Assembly (NCBI GenBank): GCA_051531975.1
Contig: JAOPTT010000001.1
Coordinates: 32,001-96,000, forward strand
Direction of reading: 5' to 3'
From: Spirochaetaceae bacterium
Lineage (GTDB): Bacteria > Spirochaetota > Spirochaetia > DSM-2461
Length of the DNA: 64,000 nt
The position numbers and the translations under genes were made by a program. Every line of letters starts with the position of its first letter. Within the stretch, counting starts at the first letter, position 1. Shown here one piece after another: positions 40,909-51,564 of this stretch. The notes under the pieces were generated by a model that saw only the letters and a program-made list of their open reading frames with translations, was not told where the DNA came from and did no database searches.

Positions 40909-41066
40909 TCATATACTCCAAACTATTACCTTAAAAACTTTAATGTTTCATTATAAATGATAGTTAGTGTTAATATTGCTGTCAATTAAATTTAGTTTTT
41001 ATAAGAACTCTTACTAATATATAATGCTGATATTAGACCTCATTTAACTTATTATTTTATATGTTG

Positions 41067-42539
41067 TCATTTTACAAACATTGTTGAGGCATCAATCTGG
41101 CCAGATGGGCTCTCCCATTTACCAAAAAACTTACTCAAACAGTCCTGCTCAGGATCATTATATTTTATAGAGTTGGCTAATATTCTCTCTCTTAATTCTC
41201 TAACCTTATCTTCATGAACTTTATCGTTTATCAGGTTTTTCATTTCCCAAGGATCATCATTTAAATTATATACTTCATCATAATCACCTGGTGTAAAAAT
41301 ATACTTCCAGTTATCATCTGTTACTATAAATCTTTGGGTACATAGATATCTTAGACCATGGAACTCCATAAACATCTCTTTTCTAGAATTCTCTGGTTTT
41401 TCACCCTTTAAATATGGGAGCATACTTATTCCATCTAGGGATTTTATATCCTCACCTAAGTAATCTAATATTGTTGGCATTATATCCATATTCGATACAA
41501 GTTCAGTACATTCTATACCAGATTTAAATACTCCAGGCCATGAAACTATCTGAGGTATATGGTGTACTTCTTCATAAGGCAGACCTTTATCAAGTAGTCC
41601 TCCATGGCCACCAGTCATATCTCCATGATCAGTTGAAAATATTATAATTGTATCCTCTGAAAGCCCTGACTCTTCTAAATAATCAAGTAAACGTCCTATT
41701 TCAAAGTCTAACATCTCTGTAAAATCATAATATGAAGCTACAATTTCACTGTTTTCTTCCCAGGTAACAGGGTGTTTTCTATAGAAGTCATCCCGTTCCC
41801 TTTTAACACGGTTTGGTTTTTCAGATAAATTATCATTAAAGTTCCCCCACTCTTCCATATCCTCTTTTTTATGTCTTCCTGCAAATTCAGTACAGGGTAG
41901 ATGGGGACCATGTGGAGCCCAATATTGGCAGTTCATCATAAAAGGTTGATCCCTTTCTGCAAACTCTTTAATTTGATCAATTGTAAAATTTGTAAGATAG
42001 TGGGTTGGTGTAGATTCTATAGGGCCATTCCAAACTCCTGTTGCTAACCCTTTGTTTTCATGGTTAAAGTGATAACCTTCAGTGATTGTATATGAAAGAC
42101 TGTTTACAGAAAGGTAATCTTTGAATCCTTTAAAATCTTTTGGATTCCCATATCCAGGAATATTCATACCTTCAAAACCAAAGTCAGCAGGACCTGTTTT
42201 AGTTCCAACATGCCACTTCCCAGAAAATCCACAACTATAACCTTTGTCTAATAGATTGTAATGAAGTAGTGTCTCAGGATTATCTAACTCTTTTGAAAGA
42301 GCATGATACATATCACAATTTGTACCCATCCCATGGTTAAAAGCGTACATTCCGGTGAACATAGTCGCTCTAGCTGGGCTACAAAGGGAACATGTGGTAT
42401 AAGCTCTTTTAAAATTAACACCTGATTTAGCTATTCTATCTATATTTGGGGTATTACAAACTTTGTTTCCATTTGTCGAAAGGGTATCATATCTAAACTG
42501 ATCTGTGCCTATCCATAATATATTGGGTTTTTTATTCAT
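41067..42539 (-). CDS. Cys-type sulfatase
   Basis: KPNILWI.TDQ, CSPARATMFTG, GKWHV, STDHGD, YNLNDDPWEM. Confidence 0.92.
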   Translation of the reverse strand: MNKKPNILWIGTDQFRYDTLSTNGNKVCNTPNIDRIAKSGVNFKRAYTTCSLCSPARATMFTGMYAFNHGMGTNCDMYHALSKELDNPETLLHYNLLDKGYSCGFSGKWHVGTKTGPADFGFEGMNIPGYGNPKDFKGFKDYLSVNSLSYTITEGYHFNHENKGLATGVWNGPIESTPTHYLTNFTIDQIKEFAERDQPFMMNCQYWAPHGPHLPCTEFAGRHKKEDMEEWGNFNDNLSEKPNRVKRERDDFYRKHPVTWEENSEIVASYYDFTEMLDFEIGRLLDYLEESGLSEDTIIIFSTDHGDMTGGHGGLLDKGLPYEEVHHIPQIVSWPGVFKSGIECTELVSNMDIMPTILDYLGEDIKSLDGISMLPYLKGEKPENSRKEMFMEFHGLRYLCTQRFIVTDDNWKYIFTPGDYDEVYNLNDDPWEMKNLINDKVHEDKVRELRERILANSIKYNDPEQDCLSKFFGKWESPSGQIDASTMFVK

Positions 42540-42629
42540 TATAAAAGTCCTCTAAATTGTTTCATATAGGAAATATAACATAGAAAACACTATTCGTAAA
42601 CAAAGATATTCAAATGTATACAATCAATA

Positions 42630-43535
42630 TCATGTTTGAAGTTTTTTTCTTAAAGTTATAATACAACCTAGTATTACAATAGCTGCACTTAGAGCTTGAT
42701 AAATGGTTATTCTTTCATTTAGAGTCAAATATCCTACTATTGCTGTTGATAGAGGTATTACCAATTGAATAATGTTAAAGACAGCCACACCTTGTTTTTG
42801 AACTATATAAAATGCCATTAACATTCCTACTAACATTCCATAAATACCTGAAAGACTTAATCCCACTAATAGACCTATGGTAACATCTTGAAGCTGAATA
42901 ATTTTATGGCTGTAAATAGCAAGAGCCATGTATATAATACCGGACAATGTTGCTGTTGAAGCACTAATAACTATAACATGTATTTTTTTTGATAAACTTT
43001 TTACAACTAGATTCTGAATAGATTGAATAAAAATTGCTACTGATAAAAAAACGATTCCTTTTATATAGTTACTATTTTGTTCTAATGGTATTCTACATAA
43101 TATAAAAATTAATGATCCTATAATTGCTAAAATGGCACCAATATAAAATCCTACTTCTTTTACTCTGACTCTTTCATCTTTAAAAAAAATAGCAGCCATA
43201 ATTATAGCTAGAGGCATAGCTATAATACCAAATATACTTCCAGACAGTGCTGTAGTATATTTTAATCCATTAATAAAAAAATACATGTTCCCTGTCATAA
43301 ATATAGCCAAAAGCAATAATTTAAATATAATTTGGGGGTAGATTATTAGTTTATTTAGTTCTTTTCGATATTTAATAAAACAGATAATACTCATTACGAC
43401 TCCACCAGATAAAAACCGAACAGCATTATTATTTATTGTATCAAATTGTAAACTCATAAAACGCATTATTGGCAATGCAAATCCCATTAGGGATATATAG
43501 ATTACAGCAACAAATTTATTTTTATTGAATCTCAC
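42630..43535 (-). CDS. DMT/EamA family transporter
   Basis: 10 TM in two EamA repeats. Confidence 0.85.
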   Translation of the reverse strand: MRFNKNKFVAVIYISLMGFALPIMRFMSLQFDTINNNAVRFLSGGVVMSIICFIKYRKELNKLIIYPQIIFKLLLLAIFMTGNMYFFINGLKYTTALSGSIFGIIAMPLAIIMAAIFFKDERVRVKEVGFYIGAILAIIGSLIFILCRIPLEQNSNYIKGIVFLSVAIFIQSIQNLVVKSLSKKIHVIVISASTATLSGIIYMALAIYSHKIIQLQDVTIGLLVGLSLSGIYGMLVGMLMAFYIVQKQGVAVFNIIQLVIPLSTAIVGYLTLNERITIYQALSAAIVILGCIITLRKKLQT

Positions 43536-43590
43536 TGTTTTCCTTCTGTTATATTATTAGAGATAATTTATTAATACTGAATTTGTTAAA

Positions 43591-43610
43591 AAACCCCACG
43601 AATGTGGGGT
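43591..43610 (-). terminator. Intrinsic terminator after the PIG-L gene
   Basis: ACCCCAC-GAAT-GTGGGGT hairpin with T-tract on the minus strand. Confidence 0.7.
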
Positions 43611-43653
43611 AATAGGATATTAGTGATGCCTCAGTATACATAATTATACAATT

Positions 43654-44466
43654 TTAAAATAGATCCTTATATGTATCAGGGTTATATAGGTTAAATTCTA
43701 TATCTCTGTAATATTCAACACTTCCGGAAACTCTTGTACTTTCAACTAATACAGCTATTTGAGTTTGGGATTCAAAAGCCAAAATTGAATTAAGTTTCTT
43801 TTCCAACGCAATATCATCACCTGTAATTTTTATGTTAGGTTCTTTGTCAAAATCACAATACACAGCCATTTCATATACATCTGGTAACCACTGTAATGGT
43901 TGTCCAAGGTTAGGCCATATGGTACCTGTTGCATGGAAAATTGACATAAGAAGTTCATCATAAACTACTTTATGATCCATATTAAGATCAGAGCCTGCAG
44001 GAACAAAAATTCTAGTAGGTTTTAGTTTTCTGATATTATATGTATACGCATTTTCAATTCCAGTACAACCATCTATAATACATGGGTCACCAGTCACCGC
44101 AACTCTTCTACCAACAAAATTACTAGTATTGCAATCTGGGAAATTTAACCACTCTGGATTTTTTATACCTAATATTTCCAAACCATTTAACGTTTCATTT
44201 CTTCTTATTTCAATAATATCTTTACGCTGTTCTTCAGTACAATAACCCATTGAACCATCAGTAGTTATTAGAACAGAGACTTTAACCCCCTCTTCCAATG
44301 CTTTTTGAATAATTAAAGCTCCGCCAATTATTACATCGTCGTCATGGGGAACAACAAACAATATATGCTCGTTATCATTACCTTTCCAATTACTAAATAC
44401 TTTATTAAGTGTTTTAGAAACTTCAGTTCTGTTATCAGTTCGTTTATAAAGTGTAAAATTGCTCAT
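43654..44466 (-). CDS. PIG-L/LmbE family deacetylase
   Basis: VPHDDD, TTDGSMG, RRNE, FPD, DH motifs; start moved to ATG 44466 (RBS GGGAG). Confidence 0.85.
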   Translation of the reverse strand: MSNFTLYKRTDNRTEVSKTLNKVFSNWKGNDNEHILFVVPHDDDVIIGGALIIQKALEEGVKVSVLITTDGSMGYCTEEQRKDIIEIRRNETLNGLEILGIKNPEWLNFPDCNTSNFVGRRVAVTGDPCIIDGCTGIENAYTYNIRKLKPTRIFVPAGSDLNMDHKVVYDELLMSIFHATGTIWPNLGQPLQWLPDVYEMAVYCDFDKEPNIKITGDDIALEKKLNSILAFESQTQIAVLVESTRVSGSVEYYRDIEFNLYNPDTYKDLF

Positions 44467-44554
44467 ATAATCTCCCATATTTCTTAAGATTCTTACAGTA
44501 TACAAAAATATACAATTATAAATGTGAACTTTCAAGAGTTTATATAAAGTGGAA

Positions 44555-46828
44555 TTATTTATTTTGACTTAAAGATATATGCCGGTACTCACCAGGGGTG
44601 ATACCATAATACTTTTTAAATACTTTGATAAAATAGTTTGAACTCCAATAACCAATTTTTTTACTTATATCCTGGACTTGCATTGAATGGTCCTCTAATA
44701 ACTCTTTGGCCAATACCATACGTTTATTTTTAAGATAACTTGAAAAAGAGTCATTACATACATTTTTAAAAAGACGGCTAAGGTAGAAGGATGAAATCCC
44801 CATCTCTTCAGCAACACTGGATAGAGAAATATCTTGGCCTAATCTATTATCTATTATTTTTTTTGCTATCTGAACATAATCCTGAGTCTTATCAACATCA
44901 TGATTTGATATGATGCTATCACCTACTTCTTTTATAAAATTAAAAATAAGTTCATGAATACTTTCCCGAGTTTTTACTCTATATAGGGTTACAAAAAACT
45001 CATCGATTTCTTTACTATTTGATCCCATAGTATACCCCTGCTCTTTCAATCTTGATATCAGAGATCTAATCCAATACACATAAAAGCTCAAGACATCATC
45101 TGGACTACTGTTTAAACAACTGTTATCCAAAGAGGTAAACTGTTTATTAAAAAGATTTTTAATATTCTTATTATTATTTTCCTTAAGTGAAATTATGATA
45201 TCGTCTAGTAGACCATCAATTAGTCTTAACTTTTTTGAACTCTCTTTTGGAACTCGGCTTAATTCTGCCATCGATGTACCATAGGGATATTTTATATAAT
45301 TTTTGTTATCAGACTCTATTTGTAATACACCTTTGTGAATAGACTCTATAGGCCAAAAATCTTTACTCACAGCACCATAAACTTTTATAGATTCAGTTTC
45401 ATAGATAAATTTTATAAATGTATCTACAGCTGAACACAGCTCCAGATAATCCAAGTCCATACAATCTACTACTGTATAAATAGCAATATGTTCTTTAACA
45501 CATATTGCGCCATGTGCATATGATTCAGTCCAACTACAAAATGATCTATGTATAATATCCATAGAATCAATAAACTCAGGAAAACATGATATAACTCTTA
45601 GATTCTTAGGATAAAAGGGAAAGTTTAGTAACTTGAACTCACTTTCAACTGTTTCAATATCATCTTTTTCTTCATATTGATCCAACATTTTCCTCATAAA
45701 ATTAATCTGATACGCTGGAATTGCTTTTTCTAACAGTCGCATTTTACTCTCTCTATCAGTTATAGAGTTACCTATCCATGTATCAAGGTTTGCAACATTA
45801 TCTACGTTATTATCTGAAACATGTGTTATAAGTCTGTTTATTGGTGAATATAGTAGTTTTCTTAAAATAAATATTAAAACTAAAGTTAGTAGCATAATAG
45901 GAGCTATAAACAGAAGCAGATATATTCTATTTTGTTTAAACAGTTGTGTAATAGATTTCTGGTCATTTATTGAGTGGAATGAGAGCCCAAAATACAGATT
46001 ATATAAAGAACTAATATAGTGGGTCTCTTCATCTAAAGTTATTTTTGATAAGTCCTCTTTTTTATCTTTATTTATAAGAGCCCATGCAACAGTGTTTATT
46101 AGCCTTAGGTTTTTTTTGACATATACAAAAGGTATACTTTCACTGTTTAAAATAAAAAACTCCTTAGTATTTCTTGGTTGAATTTTTTCCCATAGATATC
46201 TATAAAAGGCATCCATATTAATATTTACAACAAAAACTGATTTACTATTAAGTTGAGATGGAAAAACCATATATATAACCTGGGTATTGTTTCTGTCTGT
46301 ATGGGGACCTGAAAATGATGGGCTGTCCATATTTGGTAAATCTCGAAACCACTCTTTATCTTTAAATTGCTGAATATCTGATGGGATAAATTCTACAGAA
46401 AAGACTTCTTTCACATCTGGGTCATAATAATATACTGATTGAATATATTCTGATGTAGTGGCAAATTGTTCTAGATTATGATTAATTTCAGCTCGTAACT
46501 TTAGAAACCTAGAGTATTCACTTATTCTATCCTCATTGTACTGTTTATGAAAATTTTTAAAATAAAGTTTATCTGAGAAATATTCGTATTCAATAAAATC
46601 ATTATTCATTCTAAGTAGATTAACAGTATCTTTTATATTGTTAAAAATTATACCAGTAGTTTCAGATAGTAGTTCTAGATTGTGATTCCTTGAATCAACG
46701 TCAGCAGAGTTTAGTAAAGAGGTCGTTTTATTATCTATAAAAATCACCAAAAGAATTGATGGTATTATAGATGCGAGGAATAGGAATAGAAGTATTCTAA
46801 AATAGTAATGTTTCTTTAAATCAAATAT
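44555..46828 (-). CDS. Membrane-anchored AraC-family regulator (probable ATA start at 46828)
   Basis: C-terminal AraC HTH (YLSRLFK; YFIKVFKKYYGITPGEY); the frame extends upstream of the annotated TTG through a TM helix. Confidence 0.8.
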   Translation of the reverse strand: MFDLKKHYYFRILLFLFLASIIPSILLVIFIDNKTTSLLNSADVDSRNHNLELLSETTGIIFNNIKDTVNLLRMNNDFIEYEYFSDKLYFKNFHKQYNEDRISEYSRFLKLRAEINHNLEQFATTSEYIQSVYYYDPDVKEVFSVEFIPSDIQQFKDKEWFRDLPNMDSPSFSGPHTDRNNTQVIYMVFPSQLNSKSVFVVNINMDAFYRYLWEKIQPRNTKEFFILNSESIPFVYVKKNLRLINTVAWALINKDKKEDLSKITLDEETHYISSLYNLYFGLSFHSINDQKSITQLFKQNRIYLLLFIAPIMLLTLVLIFILRKLLYSPINRLITHVSDNNVDNVANLDTWIGNSITDRESKMRLLEKAIPAYQINFMRKMLDQYEEKDDIETVESEFKLLNFPFYPKNLRVISCFPEFIDSMDIIHRSFCSWTESYAHGAICVKEHIAIYTVVDCMDLDYLELCSAVDTFIKFIYETESIKVYGAVSKDFWPIESIHKGVLQIESDNKNYIKYPYGTSMAELSRVPKESSKKLRLIDGLLDDIIISLKENNNKNIKNLFNKQFTSLDNSCLNSSPDDVLSFYVYWIRSLISRLKEQGYTMGSNSKEIDEFFVTLYRVKTRESIHELIFNFIKEVGDSIISNHDVDKTQDYVQIAKKIIDNRLGQDISLSSVAEEMGISSFYLSRLFKNVCNDSFSSYLKNKRMVLAKELLEDHSMQVQDISKKIGYWSSNYFIKVFKKYYGITPGEYRHISLSQNK

Positions 46829-46902
46829 CGTTTTTTCCTTTGTATAATGCTGTTTTAAATGATTATGATTAAGTCAAATAAAACAACATTATATCATAGT
46901 TT

Positions 46903-47781
46903 TTATCCTTTTACAGATCCAATCATCATTCCTTTAACAAAATATTGTTGTATAAATGGATAGGCACATAATATAGGTACAGTAGAGATAACAATAACAG
47001 CACCTTTAATAGCTTCTCCAGGAGGAGGTGATACCCCAGGGGTTAATACTTCCGCCATAGTAGATGATAATAGTATGGTCCGTAATAGATTTTGTACTGG
47101 TAGTTTACTCTGAGTAATTAAGAAGATTGCAGAATCAAACCAATCGTTCCACTGCCACACAGCGTAAAAAAGACCAATAGTAACTAAAGATGCAATACTA
47201 AGTGGTAATACAATCCTAAAAAATGTAGTAAAGACTGAACATCCATCTAATTTTGCCGACTCTTCTAAACTTGCTGGTATCTGCCTAAAAAAGGCCATCA
47301 TAATGAAAATATATTGAGTATTAATAAGTCTTGGCCATATTAAAGACCATACTGAATCAATAAGTCCTAAATTTTTATTTAATAAAAATAGTGGAACAAT
47401 TTGCACTGGAAATATTATACATAATAGAAGTGCAGAAATTACAAATTTTCTTCCTGGTAAAGTCGCTTTACTTAAACCATAAGCAAATAGCGCCGTTGAC
47501 ATTACCTGAAACAAAGTACCAACTATTGTTCTGAAGATAGTTATTTTATATGCATTAAATACTGCCATGCCCTGAAATAGTAACATCTTGTAGGCTCCAA
47601 AATCTATTTTTCTTGGAAATAGAATAAATGGACCACGTTGTATGTACTCCTGCTCAGAAACAAAACTTGTTGTAAAAACTGTTAAAAAGGGTAATAAAAA
47701 AAGTAGAGAAATAATAATAAGAAATGTAGAATTAAAAACTCCGAATATTTTTTCACCTTTTGTAGGGAATCTAACACTCAT
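46903..47781 (-). CDS. Carbohydrate ABC permease (LplC-like)
   Basis: IPASLEESAKLDG EAA motif, YPFIQQYFVKGMMIGSVKG. Confidence 0.92.
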   Translation of the reverse strand: MSVRFPTKGEKIFGVFNSTFLIIISLLFLLPFLTVFTTSFVSEQEYIQRGPFILFPRKIDFGAYKMLLFQGMAVFNAYKITIFRTIVGTLFQVMSTALFAYGLSKATLPGRKFVISALLLCIIFPVQIVPLFLLNKNLGLIDSVWSLIWPRLINTQYIFIMMAFFRQIPASLEESAKLDGCSVFTTFFRIVLPLSIASLVTIGLFYAVWQWNDWFDSAIFLITQSKLPVQNLLRTILLSSTMAEVLTPGVSPPPGEAIKGAVIVISTVPILCAYPFIQQYFVKGMMIGSVKG

Positions 47782-47836
47782 ATATTCCTCCTATAGTGGA
47801 ACTAAGGAGCACATTTAATTTTGTCATAATATACTC

Positions 47837-48769
47837 CTATGCATAAAGGCTGTCTTGGCCTAATCTTTTTGTTACAAAGTTTGATGTTAAAACCAAACCT
47901 AGAGCTAATAGTGATTTAAAAAGTCCAACTGCTGTAGCAAATGAGAAACTCAACTGCTCTAGTCCAACTCTAAAAACGTATGTATCGATAATATCAGCAG
48001 TTTTATATACGGCTGGGCTATAAAGAAGTAGTGTCTCTTCGTACCCTTGGTTTAAAACAACAGAAATACGTAATAAGAACATAATAACAACAGCATAACT
48101 AATACTTGGAAGTGTTATTCTTAAAGTCTGCTGCCACCTGCTAGCACCATCAATTTCTGCAGCTTCATATAACTGAGTATCAATACCAGTTAAAGCGGCA
48201 AGGTAAATAATAGTACCCCAACCAAGATTTTTCCAAACTATAGCTGTTACTAAAACGGGTCTAAATGTTTCAGACATTCCTATATAATATTCTGGCTGAC
48301 CACCAAAAAATTTAATTACTTCAGGTATTAGTCCTCCATGTAAAGATAAAAGGTTAAATACCATACCTGCTAAAACAACATTTGAAATAAAGTAAGGTAG
48401 GTAGGAAATGGTCTGAACTAACTTTTTAAATCTTAATAACCGCACTTCATTTATCATTAATGCAAGTACAATTGGTAGACCAAATTCAAATAACATTCTT
48501 AGCCCAGCAAGGGAGAAAGTATTCCCCATAATATTCCAAAAATAAACAGATGATAAAAATTTCTTGAAATGTTTAAGTCCAACCCATTTAGCTGTAAACA
48601 TTGCTTCTAAACCTTCAAATGGTGCTACATCTTTAAATGCAACTAAAGTTCCAAATAGAGGTATATACCGAAATATAAAGAAATATAATAGACCGGGAAG
48701 CATTAGCCAATAAAGGGCTAGGTAATCACTATTTTTTTTCTTCTTAATTAAACTCACAGTTCTCTCCAA
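47837..48769 (-). CDS. Carbohydrate ABC permease (LplB-like)
   Basis: WVGLKHF, YLAALTGIDTQLYEAAEIDGA. Confidence 0.92.
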   Translation of the reverse strand: MERTVSLIKKKKNSDYLALYWLMLPGLLYFFIFRYIPLFGTLVAFKDVAPFEGLEAMFTAKWVGLKHFKKFLSSVYFWNIMGNTFSLAGLRMLFEFGLPIVLALMINEVRLLRFKKLVQTISYLPYFISNVVLAGMVFNLLSLHGGLIPEVIKFFGGQPEYYIGMSETFRPVLVTAIVWKNLGWGTIIYLAALTGIDTQLYEAAEIDGASRWQQTLRITLPSISYAVVIMFLLRISVVLNQGYEETLLLYSPAVYKTADIIDTYVFRVGLEQLSFSFATAVGLFKSLLALGLVLTSNFVTKRLGQDSLYA

Positions 48770-48770
48770 T

Positions 48771-48800
48771 ATAATCTACCGGAATTAACCGGTAGATTAT
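48771..48800. terminator. Stem-loop between substrate-binding and permease genes
   Basis: ATAATCTACCGG-AATTAA-CCGGTAGATTAT perfect 12-bp stem. Confidence 0.7.
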
Positions 48801-48809
48801 TTTTATTTA

Positions 48810-50342
48810 CTACTTAGCTGCGTTATAGATTTCAGTATGAACGTCAATCCATTCACCTAATCCAGCACTATATAACTCTTTTACAAAGTCATCCCACTCA
48901 GATAAGTCTCTTTCACCGATGATAAACATAATCTGCTCTTCTTCTACCATTCTCTGAATATCATTATATCCAGCGATTTTATCAGAAAGAACATTTGGAT
49001 CATAAGCAACACCTACATCAAATGGCATTTTCCCTCTTGTAAAATCAAGACCTGTAGGAGGAGTATTTCCTTGACCAACAAGACCCCATACTTCGTTCTC
49101 TTTTTGAGATCTAGGATTTTTAGCTCCAGCTGTTGCTGCTGCAGGAAGACCTACTGCAAAGTCAAAGTCTCTAATATAGTTCAAGTTTTCTTCTGTTTCA
49201 TAAACACCAGCAGCTTCATCAACCCATCTCCAGTTTTTACCCATTGGGCCTTTCTGAGAACTAGCAAATGCTTCAGGTGATGAATATAAAAGGTTCATAA
49301 CTTTAATAACAGCTTCAGGATTTTTACTTCTTGAAGAAATTAACATACCGTTACTGTTAGCAGGTTTAACTGTTTCAGCTTTACCCATTGGTCCGTCGAT
49401 ACCTTTTTGAATCATAATAAACTCAGCATTTGGATCAATTTTATTCATGTCATAATGTACGTTAGCAACATTTGAATACCATGTAGCTGTTGATGCAACA
49501 TTACCTGTTTTAACAAGCTCTCTAACTTTTTGTCTATTTAAAGATGCAAACTCAGGATACATATAACCTTTTTCATACCATCTGTTCATAGTTTCTAAAT
49601 AGTCAATATATCCATCCTGTAAATAGTAAGGCTTAAGTTTCCCGTCTTTATCCATCCAGTTTGAAAAACCATTTTTTGTAAAACCACCAACAAATGTTTG
49701 GTATATACCTTGAGAATTATGTTTACCGTTAATTTCAGCTAATAAGATAATAGTATCATCTCCAGCTAATTTATCTTTATTTGCAGATGCAACTTCCATA
49801 AAAGTTTCAAGTTCTGCAATAGTTTCAGGAAATTTAACACCTAAAGTTTTTGCCCAATCCGCTCTTACCCATGGGCTTGCAGCAATTGTTGGAGTTCCTC
49901 TAGGAATACCCCAAAGTGTTCCAGAAGCATCACTCATAGCAGTAACAGATTCTTTTGGCCAGTGTGGTAAAATATCTGCACCATATTTTTTCATTAAATC
50001 ACCGATTGGCATAATTACATCTTTACCTGTAAAATCATCCCATTTACCCCAAAATGCATCAATTTGAATACCACTAGCAAGTAGTAGATTTAATTTCTGA
50101 TTCTCTTGACCAACAACTGGTGGTATAACAATAACGTTAACACCTGTTTTCTCTTTAATATAAGCTCTTAAAAGCTCAACATTTTCAGGATCACTAGATG
50201 CTCCACCTTGGGCTGCACTCATTGCACCACTATTATTGTAAACAACAATTTCAACAGTATCGTCTACTGCTTCAGCTTCTTTATTCCCATTGGCAAATAA
50301 CAACGCCGGTAATAATAAGAACAATAAAAACACTTTTTTCAT
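48810..50342 (-). CDS. Carbohydrate ABC substrate-binding protein
   Basis: LFANGNKE signal, KLNLLLASG, WVRADW, WYEKGY, FIIGER. Confidence 0.92.
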   Translation of the reverse strand: MKKVFLLFLLLPALLFANGNKEAEAVDDTVEIVVYNNSGAMSAAQGGASSDPENVELLRAYIKEKTGVNVIVIPPVVGQENQKLNLLLASGIQIDAFWGKWDDFTGKDVIMPIGDLMKKYGADILPHWPKESVTAMSDASGTLWGIPRGTPTIAASPWVRADWAKTLGVKFPETIAELETFMEVASANKDKLAGDDTIILLAEINGKHNSQGIYQTFVGGFTKNGFSNWMDKDGKLKPYYLQDGYIDYLETMNRWYEKGYMYPEFASLNRQKVRELVKTGNVASTATWYSNVANVHYDMNKIDPNAEFIMIQKGIDGPMGKAETVKPANSNGMLISSRSKNPEAVIKVMNLLYSSPEAFASSQKGPMGKNWRWVDEAAGVYETEENLNYIRDFDFAVGLPAAATAGAKNPRSQKENEVWGLVGQGNTPPTGLDFTRGKMPFDVGVAYDPNVLSDKIAGYNDIQRMVEEEQIMFIIGERDLSEWDDFVKELYSAGLGEWIDVHTEIYNAAK

Positions 50343-50672
50343 TTTGTAACTCCTCAGTTTGATTTACTTAATTATTATCCCTGTACTTTACTATTGGATA
50401 CAGTTAAGTTTTGTCATTGATGACTTTATTTAGATGACAATAAATTACTACTATCACATAATTACACTATAAGAATAGTTTATAAGTTCCTAAAAAGTAT
50501 GTTTTTTTATTGACGGAGGATTTTATATAATTTTACTTTTCAGTGTAAAATATCAATAGATATATTAAGAAATAAAGATGTGACAATAGACTATTTATAA
50601 ATAAAAACACCTACACCAAAACATAATTAAAGTTTGGTATAGGTGAAGCAAAATATCTGAATGTTACTTTTA

Positions 50673-51554
50673 TTAGCCTTTTACTGATCCAACCATGAAA
50701 CCTTTAACAAAGTGTTTTTGTACAAAAGGATAAACAGTTAAAATAGGAACTGATGTAATTACTATAACCGCCCCTTTTATACTCTCTGATGGAGGCGGAT
50801 TTGTATTATTTTCTGTTAATACAGAGTCCATAGTAGACGAAACTAAAATAGTTCGTAATAAGTTTTGCACTGGGAACTTCTTTGTATTATTAATAAACAT
50901 TGCTGCGTCAAACCATGAGTTCCACTGCCATACAGCATAAAAAAGTCCTATTGTTGCCATGGATGCTATACTTAATGGTAAAATTATTCTAAAAAATGTT
51001 TGAACATGGGAACATCCATCAATTATGGCAGCTTCTTCTAAAGATTCAGGAATCTGCTGAAAAAATGCCATCATTATAAAAACATACTGGGTATTAATTA
51101 ACCAGGGAAAAACTAATGCCCAAAGTGAATCGATTAAACCAAAGCTTTTTACAACCAGATATTGTGGTATAATTTGAACTGGGAAAACTAAACATATAAC
51201 CAGAGTACTGATTAAAAATTTCCTTCCAATTAAATTTGTCTTTGATAAACCATAGGCTAAAGCTGCAGTTGTCATTATCTGAAAAAAACCACCTATAAAA
51301 GTTCTAAAAAATGTAATTCCAAAGGCAGTGTAAATAGCACTTCCTTTTGCTAATAACATTTTGTAAGCGGAAAAATCTAAATCTCTTGGGATTATTATAA
51401 GTCCACCTCTAGATAAATATTCACTTTCTGATATAAAAGAACTTGCTAACGTTATTAAAAAGGGCAATAAAAATATTGTGGTAATTATTAGAAGGAAAAT
51501 AGAATTAACATGACGAAAAGTCTTTTCTCCTGTTGTTTCAAAGTTATTTTTCAT
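50673..51554 (-). CDS. Carbohydrate ABC permease (LplC-like), paralog 2
   Basis: IPESLEEAAIIDG, YPFVQKHFVKG; start moved to ATG 51554. Confidence 0.92.
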   Translation of the reverse strand: MKNNFETTGEKTFRHVNSIFLLIITTIFLLPFLITLASSFISESEYLSRGGLIIIPRDLDFSAYKMLLAKGSAIYTAFGITFFRTFIGGFFQIMTTAALAYGLSKTNLIGRKFLISTLVICLVFPVQIIPQYLVVKSFGLIDSLWALVFPWLINTQYVFIMMAFFQQIPESLEEAAIIDGCSHVQTFFRIILPLSIASMATIGLFYAVWQWNSWFDAAMFINNTKKFPVQNLLRTILVSSTMDSVLTENNTNPPPSESIKGAVIVITSVPILTVYPFVQKHFVKGFMVGSVKG

Positions 51555-51564
51555 AGATCTATCC

